This document shows, piece after piece, positions 1 through 8,597 of a stretch of 64,000 nt of DNA. The translations under genes and the position numbers were made by a program. A model generated the notes under the pieces. It had not been told where the DNA came from. It searched no databases and was given only the letters and a program-made list of their open reading frames with translations. The first letter of the stretch is position 1, and each line of letters starts with the position of its first letter. Origin of the DNA: Vulcanimicrobiota bacterium (GTDB lineage Bacteria; Vulcanimicrobiota; Vulcanimicrobiia; Eremiobacterales; Eremiobacteraceae); the NCBI GenBank assembly GCA_963805945.1, contig CAWDVP010000002.1, forward strand, positions 64,001 through 128,000. Direction: 5' to 3'.

Positions 1-10
1 TGAGCCGCTG

Positions 11-787
11 CTAGGGACTGACGCAGGCCTGGGCGCTTGGCACGGACTCATGGCTTCCGACATACCCGGTCACGACGAAACACCTGCCGTTCGCCAGACC
101 CATCGCGCCGATGAACGTCCCATGGACGCCGTCGCCCGCGCTCGTGGTCTCGACGAGATCATGGTGGCCGCGATCGACGCGGTAGACCTTATAGCCGTCC
201 AGCGTCGGATACGAGGCGTTTCCCGCCCAGTCCCAGACGAGCGGCTGGTCGGAGCTGTCGATCGCCGCCTTGCAGAACAGCATATTGATGTGCTTCGCGC
301 ATAGGTTGACATCGCGCGTCGCGATGACGTTCGTCGGTGCAGCCACCGCGACCGAGACTATCACCCCCTGCATGACCGGCATCGTCACGCTGCCGCAGGT
401 CACGCTGAAAGTGGACGTGTTCGAATATACGTCGGGTTGACCCCCAGAGATGTTGTGCACCCAGACCTGGTCGAAGGTGGTGCCGCTTGTCGACGCGACG
501 ATCGGTATAGAGTCGTTCACGGCGATCGAACCGCTGCCCGGCATCGTCATCGTGCCGCCGTTGACGACGTTCTGCACGCTGTTGATAAATCTGTTGAAGC
601 TATATGTGAAGGTCGTGCCCGGCGCTCCGGCGATAGTGCCGGTGAATTTGACGTTGACCGGACATTTCGCGGCGATCGGCGTCGATCCGATGATCGAAAG
701 CGATGCCGTCACCGCCGCGCTCGACGGCCGGCTCAGCCCGAGCAGCGCGGCGGCGGCGAAGAGCCCTGCAAGCGCTATTGTCCGCAT
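11..787 (-). CDS. Secreted protein: signal peptide, Ig-like beta domain and FN3-like Cys-containing domain (paralog A)
   Basis: ATG at 787 with GGAGG upstream. Signal peptide MRTIALAGLFAAAALLGLSRPSSA. Aligns end to end with the N-terminal two-thirds of the neighbouring gene. Confidence 0.75.
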   Translation of the reverse strand: MRTIALAGLFAAAALLGLSRPSSAAVTASLSIIGSTPIAAKCPVNVKFTGTIAGAPGTTFTYSFNRFINSVQNVVNGGTMTMPGSGSIAVNDSIPIVASTSGTTFDQVWVHNISGGQPDVYSNTSTFSVTCGSVTMPVMQGVIVSVAVAAPTNVIATRDVNLCAKHINMLFCKAAIDSSDQPLVWDWAGNASYPTLDGYKVYRVDRGHHDLVETTSAGDGVHGTFIGAMGLANGRCFVVTGYVGSHESVPSAQACVSP

Positions 788-809
788 GTCGGCGCCTCCG
801 GTCAAGAGC

Positions 810-2163
810 CTAGTTGTAGACCAGGTCAAGCGTGGGGGTGGCGCTGTTGAATTCATTCTTGCAGTGGTTGTCATCGAACGTCTTCGAAGACTCATTGGCG
901 CCTCGCAGCACGAGGCCATAGTTGTTGCCGCCGACCCACTGCTTCGCGATCGCCGTGACGTCGACGTCCACGTCCGGACCCGGTCCGCCGACCACGATGT
1001 AGTCCGTCGCGAAGGCGCCGGCGATCTGACCGGACGAGCTCCACCATTGATTTATGCCTGAAGCGACCTGGGTGACGCAGTTCGCAGCGTCATCGTTCCA
1101 CACACCGGCGCGATGCAGGTGCAGGACCGCTTTGATGATCGAGTTCGGGGACAGCGCGGCGACGTCGAACCTCACGCCGCTGCGCAGGCTGGCGCTGGAC
1201 CAATTGTCCCCCGTGTCGCTTACCTCTTTCCAATGGAAATACCCGACGCAGAGGTCGGTGCAGGCCATGTCTTTCTCGTGCGTATAGGCGAAGACGCCGG
1301 TTCTGCCGGACCAACCGGTGTCCCAACCGCGTGCAAGTTCCACTTTAAGCGTCGCCGTCTTCGCCGTCGCGCCGCCTGCCACGCAGAACTGATTGCTGGC
1401 GAGTGATAGCGTGGTGCCCACATACCCCATGACGATATAGCATTTGCCGGCGAAGCCGTCGGCCGGCGGGCTCAGAAAGGTCCCTTTAGGTCCGTCGCCC
1501 GCGCTGGAGGTCGTCACCAGTTTGGGAAGGCCGTTATTCGTGGTGAACACTTTGTAGCCGTCAAGCGACGGGTAGGTGGCGTTCCCGGACCACTGCCAGA
1601 TGAGCGCCATTTGACCCGCGCTGATCGCCGCTTGGCAGAACAGCTTGTTGACGTGCGCCGCGCACACATCGACGTCGGTCGTGTTGGTCAATCCCGTGGG
1701 CGCAGGGGGCCAGCCGCCGACCGGAGGCTGCATCACTTGCACACTCATTCCGCTGATGCCGCCGCCGCCGCAGTTCACGGTGAAGTTGACTGTGTTGGAG
1801 TACACATCAGAGAGGCCGCCGGAGATGTTGTGCACATCAGATCTGGTCGAAGGTGGAGCCGGTCGTCGACGCTGAGATCGGGATAGAGTCGTTCACCGCG
1901 ATCGAACCGCTGCCCGGCATCGTCATCGTGCCGCCGTTGACGACGTTCTGCTTGCCATTGACGTAGCGATTGAAGCTATAGGTGAAAATTGTTCCCGGCG
2001 TTCCGGCGATGGTGCCGGTGAACTGGACGTTGAGCGGACATTTCGCGCTGATCGGGGTCGATCCGACGAGCGACAATGACGCGGTGACGGCTGCGTCGGA
2101 TGGGCGGCTCAGACCGAGCAGCGCGATGACGATCAAGAGACCTGTGAGCGCTATCTTGTGCAT
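810..2163 (-). pseudogene. Secreted paralog B with extra C-terminal DNRLRE/CBM96-like domain, interrupted by a stop/frameshift at ~1836 (or a sequencing error)
   Basis: ORFs 1837..2163 and 810..1835 join to match paralog A (FDQVWVHNISGG): TGG GTG in A reads TGA T GTG here. C-terminal VDVTAIAKQWVGGNNYGLVLRG...PTLDLVY resembles the DNRLRE-type signature. Confidence 0.7.
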
Positions 2164-2222
2164 GTCGAAATCCCTTCACAATGCATGCGCGACGCCTTCT
2201 CTGAGACGAGCGCTGTAGACAC

Positions 2223-2248
2223 AACGTTGACCTAGATGAGATAGTTCC
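2223..2248 (-). promoter_or_regulatory. Putative ECF sigma-factor promoter
   Basis: GGAACT-N16-CGTT about 60 nt upstream of the paralog B start. Confidence 0.4.
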
Positions 2249-2274
2249 CCCTGCCCGGCTGGTACGCGCCGGAC

Positions 2275-3076
2275 TTACGGCAGGTCCGCCCAGCGATACA
2301 CCGTCGTCTGCACGTTGAGCAGGTCGCTGCCCTCGACATAAAGATCGCGCGGCGTCCGCTCTAGGCCGTTCTGATCCTGTTCCGCGCTGTGCCACGAGCC
2401 ACGCGTGAAGAGATAGTGGAAGTCCGTGCCGGTGTTGAGCTCCAGTTCGATGACGTAGTGGAGCGCGTCGACGCGCTGCATCTTCACCGCTTGCGGGTTC
2501 CAGCCGCTCGTGTCCGTCGTCATGAAGACGTCGTCGGTGAAGGGCGTGTTCGGCGGCACTTGCACGGTGATGCGTGCCAGCGTGCTCTGCGACAGCTTCC
2601 TGTTGTAGTTCGACTTCGGCGGCGCAAGCTCGGGGTTGGGCTGCGGCGGCGACGCCTGGACGACGTACTGCCGCGGCAGCTGCGCGATCGGCGTGCCTTG
2701 CGGCTGCGGCACGCGCGAGAAGCGCACCGACGTCACCGTGCCGGTGCCCGGGTCGATCGAAGCGAGCGCGAAGATGCCTGGCCCGGGCGGCGCGGCCGAG
2801 CACCGCGCCCGTCTTCGCGTCGATGAACGTCGCGTTCGGCGCGAGGCGCAGCGCGTCGCCGCTCGTGAACACGATGAAGCCGCGCTCGATGTCGATCACC
2901 TGCCCGCTCACCAGCAGCGGCAGCGCGGTCGGCGACGGCGCCGCGATGTCGGGCGGCGGCGTCTGCGATGCCTGCGGGATGGGCGTGGGCAGCGCGGATG
3001 CGCGCGCCGGTATGAGCAGCGCAAGCGCGAGGATGACGACGCTTAGGATGGGCCGATCTAAAGATCGGCCCGCCAC
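2275..3076 (-). CDS. Secreted protein with C-terminal CBM20-like (starch-binding-like) domain; apparent +1 frameshift at ~2795
   Basis: Signal peptide MAGRSLDRPILSVVILALALLIPARASA from GTG 3076. The frame changes at CTC GGC C GCG CCG. C-terminal ITVQVPPNTP...WNP...YLFTRGSW...E.D..G...R...V.RWAD is CBM20-like. Confidence 0.6.
3050..3076 (-). repeat. REP-like palindrome, family 1 (GTGGC-GGGCCGATC TTTA GATCGGCCC)
   Basis: Perfect 9-bp stem with 4-nt loop; hairpin identical to the copy at 48115-48136. Confidence 0.8.
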
Positions 3077-3086
3077 ATTGGTGTCG

Positions 3087-4850
3087 TCATTGCGACGTAC
3101 ACCAAGGAAGTTGAAGTGCGGCGACCACGGCTGGCCGCCCCAGTTGAACGAGTACGCCCGCTGGACGTCGAGGAACAGCACGCGCGTGATCCGGAAACGC
3201 ACGTCGCCGCTGATGCTGTTGCGCGGCGGCCCCGACACGAGCGGCACTTGATCAGGCGAGAAGTACTGGTTCGCATACGCGAGCGTGAGCTGGAAGTTCG
3301 GATTGGGCGCCAACGCCGCGGTGAGCCCGTACGCGCGGTTCGTCGCGCGCAAGAACCCGCCGAGCACGAAGGGCAAGCCGTTCGATGACGACCCCAAGGG
3401 CACGAGCCCCGTCGCCTGGTTGGCGGTGATGAGCGAGTGCGTGTTGTCCGCCCATGCGCTGTCGATCACCGTCGAAGCGATGAGCGTGAGGCTGCGCGTG
3501 ACGCGACGGCTCGCGGTCGCGGTGAAGTTCTGCGTCTGGATGATGTTGGGGAGGCTTAGCCACGCCTGGTTGAGCGTGTACGATCCCGTGATGCCGGTGC
3601 CGAACGGCCCGGGATATACCGGCGTGTACAGCGAGCCGCCGGCGTAGTAGCTCGCCGCTTGCTGCTGATCGGTGCCGCTGATCCCGTAGACGTCGTGTTG
3701 CGACGCGTAACCGGAGTGGAGGATGTAGCTCAAGCCGGTGCGCGCGAGATGCTCATCGTAGCCCGTCCATGAGCGCGCCGACGGTGAACGGATGGTTGGG
3801 GATCCACGGATGCGACGGATCGCCGTAGTAGCCGAGCGCCGGCTGCGCGAGCAGGCTCGAGTACTCTTGCGTGAGATCGAGCCGCACGTACGAGCGGCGC
3901 AATCCTTGCGTGTACAGCACATCGGCGAAGCCGCTCGCCGCCAGCGGCTGCGTCAGCCCGTACTGGTAGGTGAACAACTGCGCATCGAGCGCGATCGCGC
4001 TCTTGCTCGACAACCGCTGATAGGCGAGCGTGTTCCACTGCTTCTGCGGCTCCGTCGCCGGATTGAGGCTGAAGACCGTGTAGCCGCGCGACGAGACGAA
4101 ATGCTGCTCGATGGCCGCGTACGACCCGAGCGGCTGCGGTCCGTAGCGGTAGTGCAGCGCGCTCAGCGAGTTCGGCGAGCCCGCGAGATTGTAGGGCGCG
4201 TCGAAGCTCGCGCCGGACAGACCGTTGACCGCGAAGTTCTGGTTCGGCGAGTAGTTGTAGGTGTACGGCGGCAGCGGCGGCGTCCACAGCGCGCCGTCGA
4301 AGAGCACGAACGTCGCCGGCGCGAAGCGCGCGTACGTCCCCGCATTGACGGTGACGCTGCGCGCCACGATGTACGGCTTGATCCCCGACACGTCGGGCAC
4401 GAAGAACGCGTCGCCGGGCATCACGCGGCCTTTGGACGGATGCGCGTAGTCGTAGTCGAAGAACGTCCAGCGATCGGCTTCCGGGTCGAGCGGCACGAAA
4501 TACTGGCGCTTGAACACCAAGAAGTCCGCGTAGCCTGCGCCCGAGAGCACGCCGTCGTGCGTGTGCAAGCGCACGTGCCCGACCACGAGGAAGCGCCGCA
4601 GCCCGAGATGCATGGCGAAGACGTCGCCTTCGACGGTCGTGCCGTCCGGCTGCGTCACGCGCACGTCGCCGCGCGCCATGATGATGCCGACGTCGCCGTA
4701 GTATTCCACCCGTTTGGCTTTGATCGAGATCGTGGCCGGCGGCCCGGCGGGCGTGCTGGGCGGACCCGACGCGGCCTGCGCCATTGAGGCGGCCGAGACG
4801 ATGGCGCTGCACAGCGTCGCGACGGCGATGCGCGCCGTCCGCGTCGCCAC
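3087..4850 (-). CDS. LptD/OstA-like outer-membrane protein, with apparent frameshifts at ~3773 and ~3100
   Basis: GTG 4850 overlaps the upstream stop. Signal peptide, then ISIKAKRVEYYGDVGIIMARGDVRV (OstA-like beta-jellyroll) and aromatic-rich beta-strand C-terminus. Split over ORFs 3753..5828 and 1976..3922; the end coordinate is inferred. Confidence 0.5.
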
Positions 4851-6244
4851 TACGAGACCGGCGTCGGGTGCTCGCGCAGCTCGGGCTTTGCGACGGCGGC
4901 CGCCGCCTGCGCGCCGGCCGGGGATAACGCTGTCGCGCCCGCGGCCGCGCCGAGCAGCAACCACCAGAGCAGACCGATCTTCGGGAAGAACACCAAATCG
5001 TCGAACACCTGATGCAGGAACAGGCACACCGTCGCGACCAGCGCGACTTGGATGATCCACGAACGCGTCATACCCACGGCGCATTCGCGCACCGCGACGA
5101 TGACGAGCGCGGCGAGCGCGGCGAGGCCGACGACACCTTGCTCCGCCAACGTCTGCAGCCACAGGCTGTTGGCGTGGGTCTGCACGTTCGGCAGGCCGAC
5201 GGTGCCCAACAGGAATTCGAAATTGCCCGCGCCGACGCCGATGAGCGGGTGCTGCGCGAACAGCGTCAACGCGGCGCCCCACAGCTCGTTGCGCGTGCCG
5301 ACGCCGCCCGGATTGTGCGGCACGACGAGCCGCAGGAGATAGGTGAGCACCTCGGAGAGGTTCTGCGTCGCGCCCCAGTACCACGCGACCGCCACCCCGA
5401 TGCCGGCGGCGGTGCCGATGAGGAACGGCGCGAGCGCGCTGCGCGCGGCGCGCCGGTCGATGAGCCAGATGATCCCGTAGCCGAGGATGGCGACGGCGAT
5501 GCCGGCGCGCGACTGGCTGAGCACGAGCGCGGCCATCGTGGCGGCGATGGCGGTCCATCGCAGCGCCGTCATCTCGCGGCCGAGCAGCATCGGCGAGAGG
5601 ATGAGCAGCGGCAGCACGGCCTCCAGATAACCGGCGAGTTGGTTCGGACCTTCCAGCGGGCCCGCGACGCGCGGCAGCGGATGACCGTTCACCCAGACGC
5701 CGGACGGCGCGCCGCCGAAGGTCGCTTGCGAGAGCGCGTCGAGCACGACGATGACCGTCGCGGCGATGACGCCGCCCTCGAGTCCGCGGGTGTCGTTGCC
5801 GGATTCGATCATCAGGCTCGCCGCACACCAGAACATCACGAGATACTCGATCATCTTCAGCGCTTCGCGGGCGACCGGCCCCATATAGGTGGCCTGGATG
5901 CCGGAGATCACGATCGCGCCGAGGACCGCCAGGCCGGCGATGAGGATGCGGCGCGTGCTCGCACTCTTAGGCACCAGCGGCGCGTGGCGCAGCAGCAGGC
6001 CGATGGCGACGCCGACGATGATGACCTTCTCGAGAGTCAGGGTCGTGCCGCCGATGTCGCGATAGAACGCGAACGGGATGGCGAACGCGAGGAGAGCCAT
6101 CGCCCATTGCGGGCGGCGCAGCGCGAGGAACAACGCGAGGCAGGCGACCGCGAGAAACGCTGCGGCGGAGAAGAAGGTGAGCGGGCTCGAAGTGAGGGGC
6201 TGATCGACGATGGGCGGGAGCAGCGTGAGGGCGATCGCTACCAC
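4850..6244 (-). CDS. O-antigen ligase / Wzy_C family membrane protein
   Basis: Multi-TM protein with GPLEGPNQLAGYL, LSQSRAG, HPLIGVGAGNF and HANSLWLQTLAEQGVVG motifs. Confidence 0.85.
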   Translation of the reverse strand: MVAIALTLLPPIVDQPLTSSPLTFFSAAAFLAVACLALFLALRRPQWAMALLAFAIPFAFYRDIGGTTLTLEKVIIVGVAIGLLLRHAPLVPKSASTRRILIAGLAVLGAIVISGIQATYMGPVAREALKMIEYLVMFWCAASLMIESGNDTRGLEGGVIAATVIVVLDALSQATFGGAPSGVWVNGHPLPRVAGPLEGPNQLAGYLEAVLPLLILSPMLLGREMTALRWTAIAATMAALVLSQSRAGIAVAILGYGIIWLIDRRAARSALAPFLIGTAAGIGVAVAWYWGATQNLSEVLTYLLRLVVPHNPGGVGTRNELWGAALTLFAQHPLIGVGAGNFEFLLGTVGLPNVQTHANSLWLQTLAEQGVVGLAALAALVIVAVRECAVGMTRSWIIQVALVATVCLFLHQVFDDLVFFPKIGLLWWLLLGAAAGATALSPAGAQAAAAVAKPELREHPTPVS

Positions 6245-6942
6245 GCGCCTTCCCCACGGAACACCGCCGGAATCGTGCGCGCCAGGAGCGACAGATCGAG
6301 CCACGGCGTCCAGTTGCGGGCGTACCACACATCCATGGCCATCCAGCGCCGGAAGGGCACGTTCGCGCGGCCGCTCACCTGCCACAGACCGGTGATGCCG
6401 GGCAGCACCGTGAGCCGCTGGAGATAATGGGGTTCGTAGTCGTGCACTTCGCGCGGCAGGCCCGGCCGCGGGCCGACGAGGCTCATGTCGCCGAGCAACA
6501 CGTTCCACAACTGGGGCAGTTCGTCGAGGCTTGTCCGGCGCAGCACGCCGCCGAAGTCGTGGACGCGGGGATCGTCGACGATCTTGAGCGCCGGCCCGTC
6601 GAGCTCGTTGAGATGCTGCACGTGCTCGTGCATCAGGTGCGCGCCGTCCACCATCGTGCGGAACTTATAGAAGCGGAACTCGCGGCCCCCTTTGCCGACG
6701 CGCATCTGCGAGAAGAGCGCCGGCCCGGGCGAGCTCAGTTTGATGCCGAGCGCGATGATCGCGATCAGCGGCAGCAGGATGATCAGCAGCGCGCCCGAGA
6801 GGATGACGTCGAGCGTCCGCTTCAGCAGCGACCACCATGCGGGCACCGGCCTCGCGGCGGCCAGCCAGAACGATCGGCGCTGCGCTTCCGCCTGCGCGCT
6901 GCGGCGCGCGATGCCGACGTCGGTGCTTTTCGCCGCGATCAT
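6238..6942 (-). CDS. Priming phosphoglycosyl transferase (bacterial sugar transferase, WbaP/WcaJ C-terminal-like)
   Basis: KRTLD, YKFRTM, DDPRV, SLDELPQLWNVLLGDMSLVGPRP and PGITGLWQVSGR motifs. Confidence 0.92.
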   Translation of the reverse strand: MIAAKSTDVGIARRSAQAEAQRRSFWLAAARPVPAWWSLLKRTLDVILSGALLIILLPLIAIIALGIKLSSPGPALFSQMRVGKGGREFRFYKFRTMVDGAHLMHEHVQHLNELDGPALKIVDDPRVHDFGGVLRRTSLDELPQLWNVLLGDMSLVGPRPGLPREVHDYEPHYLQRLTVLPGITGLWQVSGRANVPFRRWMAMDVWYARNWTPWLDLSLLARTIPAVFRGEGAW

Positions 6943-8093
6943 ACGTGCAGCGGCTCCGGGACCGGCACGCCGAACGACTCCATGACGCGACGGCCGACCT
7001 GCGCGAACGAGTCGAGCTCGCCGAGCGCGATGGCCGGGCGCCCCGGCGCGTAGTCGAGCAGTGGAGCGAATTCACGCGTGTGATCGGTGCCTGCCGCGGT
7101 CGGATCGCAGCCGTGGTCTGCCGTTACGATGAGTCGGTCCCCGCCTTTTAGTCTATTGCAGATGTCCGGCAAGCTCCGGTCGAGCGCCAGGAGCGCCTTT
7201 GCGTAGCCGTCGGGATCGCGGCGATGCCCATACTTCGAATCGAAATCGTTGAGGTTTGTGAAGCAGAAGCCGCCCTGTCCCGCATCCAGCCACTCTACCG
7301 TCTTCGCGATGCCCTCTGCGTTGTCCGCCGTTCGGCTCCCCGCCGCAATACCCTGGCAACAGTAGATATCACCTATCTTTCCGACGCCGTGGACGGCGAT
7401 TCCGGCGGCGGTGAGCGCGTCGAGAATGCTGGGAGCGGGCGGGGCGACGGCATAGTCGCGCCGGCCGGCCGTGCGCACGAACGCGCCGGGTTCGCCCTTG
7501 AACGGTCGGGCGATGACGCGGTTGACGCGGTTCGGACCGACGAGCATCGCGCGCGCCTGCTCGCACCACTGCCACAGGGTCTGCAGCGGCACGACGTCCT
7601 CGTGCGTCGCCACTTGGAACACCGAATCGGCGGACGTGTAGAGGATCGGCCGGCCGGTGCGCATGTGCTCCGGCCCGAGCTCTTCGATGATCTGCGTGCC
7701 GGACGCCGTCCTATTGCCGAGCGCCTTGGCGCCCGCGATCGCCTCGAAGCGCTCGACGACGTCGGGCGGAAAACCGTCGGGGTACGTCGGGAAAGCGTTG
7801 CGGACGAAGATATTCATCATCTCCCAGTGGCCGGTGATGGTATCCTTCCCGTTGCTCGACTCCCGTAAACGCGCCCATGACGCCAGCGGCGTCGCCGTGC
7901 GCGCGACGCCGCGCACGTCCGTGATATTGCCGAGGCCGAGCGCCTCGAGCGTCGGCAGTTTCAGCCCGCCTGCCGCCGCCGCGGTATTGCCGATGGTGTT
8001 GACGCCAGGTCCGTCATGGAACGCCGCCGCATCGGGCGCGGCGCCCACGCCGCCCGAATCGATGACCAGCACGATAACCGATGGCGCGGGCAC
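6939..8093 (-). CDS. deoB: Phosphopentomutase
   Basis: VIDSGGVG, GKDTITGHWE, YTSADSVFQ, RVIARPF, DFDSKYGHRRD and TADHGCDPT motifs. Confidence 0.95.
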   Translation of the reverse strand: MPAPSVIVLVIDSGGVGAAPDAAAFHDGPGVNTIGNTAAAAGGLKLPTLEALGLGNITDVRGVARTATPLASWARLRESSNGKDTITGHWEMMNIFVRNAFPTYPDGFPPDVVERFEAIAGAKALGNRTASGTQIIEELGPEHMRTGRPILYTSADSVFQVATHEDVVPLQTLWQWCEQARAMLVGPNRVNRVIARPFKGEPGAFVRTAGRRDYAVAPPAPSILDALTAAGIAVHGVGKIGDIYCCQGIAAGSRTADNAEGIAKTVEWLDAGQGGFCFTNLNDFDSKYGHRRDPDGYAKALLALDRSLPDICNRLKGGDRLIVTADHGCDPTAAGTDHTREFAPLLDYAPGRPAIALGELDSFAQVGRRVMESFGVPVPEPLHV

Positions 8094-8099
8094 GATGCG

Positions 8100-8531
8100 C
8101 TAGTGGACGTCGACCGAGATCGTGCGCTGCACGGTCGCCCCGTCGGTGCGGATGGCCGTGATGACCACGTCTTGATGCGCCGGATAGAACGGCAGCGCGG
8201 GCACGTGCAAGGTGGCGACGAAGATGCCGTGCGCCTTCTTGGGGAAGAGCACGCGGACCGTGCCGACCTGTCCGGTGACGGCGGCGGCGTTGCTCGTGCA
8301 GACCACGCGCGCGGTCACCGTGCCGCCGCGCTCGATCCACTCCGGCTTGTACGAGACGGAAACGATGCGCACGGGGTCGGTGTTCGAAGCATAGGGCACG
8401 CCGGGCGGCAACGGGTCGCCGGTGGCCAGGCTCGGGCCGGAGCCCGCGCCGATGATGCACGCCGCCGCCGACGCCGCGACCGCGATGCGGGCGGACCACG
8501 AGGCGGATTTACGCGGCTGGCCGAATGTCAA
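8100..8531 (-). CDS. Small secreted hypothetical protein (Ig-like)
   Basis: TTG with AAGGA upstream; signal-like N-terminus; beta-rich body. It is the 3' part of ORF 8100..9389. Confidence 0.55.
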   Translation of the reverse strand: MTFGQPRKSASWSARIAVAASAAACIIGAGSGPSLATGDPLPPGVPYASNTDPVRIVSVSYKPEWIERGGTVTARVVCTSNAAAVTGQVGTVRVLFPKKAHGIFVATLHVPALPFYPAHQDVVITAIRTDGATVQRTISVDVH

Positions 8532-8597
8532 ACGTTCTTCCTTAATAAGAGAGGCCGGGTCGCGCGCGACTCGGCCGCGCGCCGTTGAGGTTATTAG

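Noticed and set aside
1976..3922. 648-aa ORF suggesting an LptD-like/CBM fusion
   Set aside because: It is stitched from parts of two genes by indels. An internal signal peptide starts at ~3076, and both ends are off-frame Arg/Ala-rich text.
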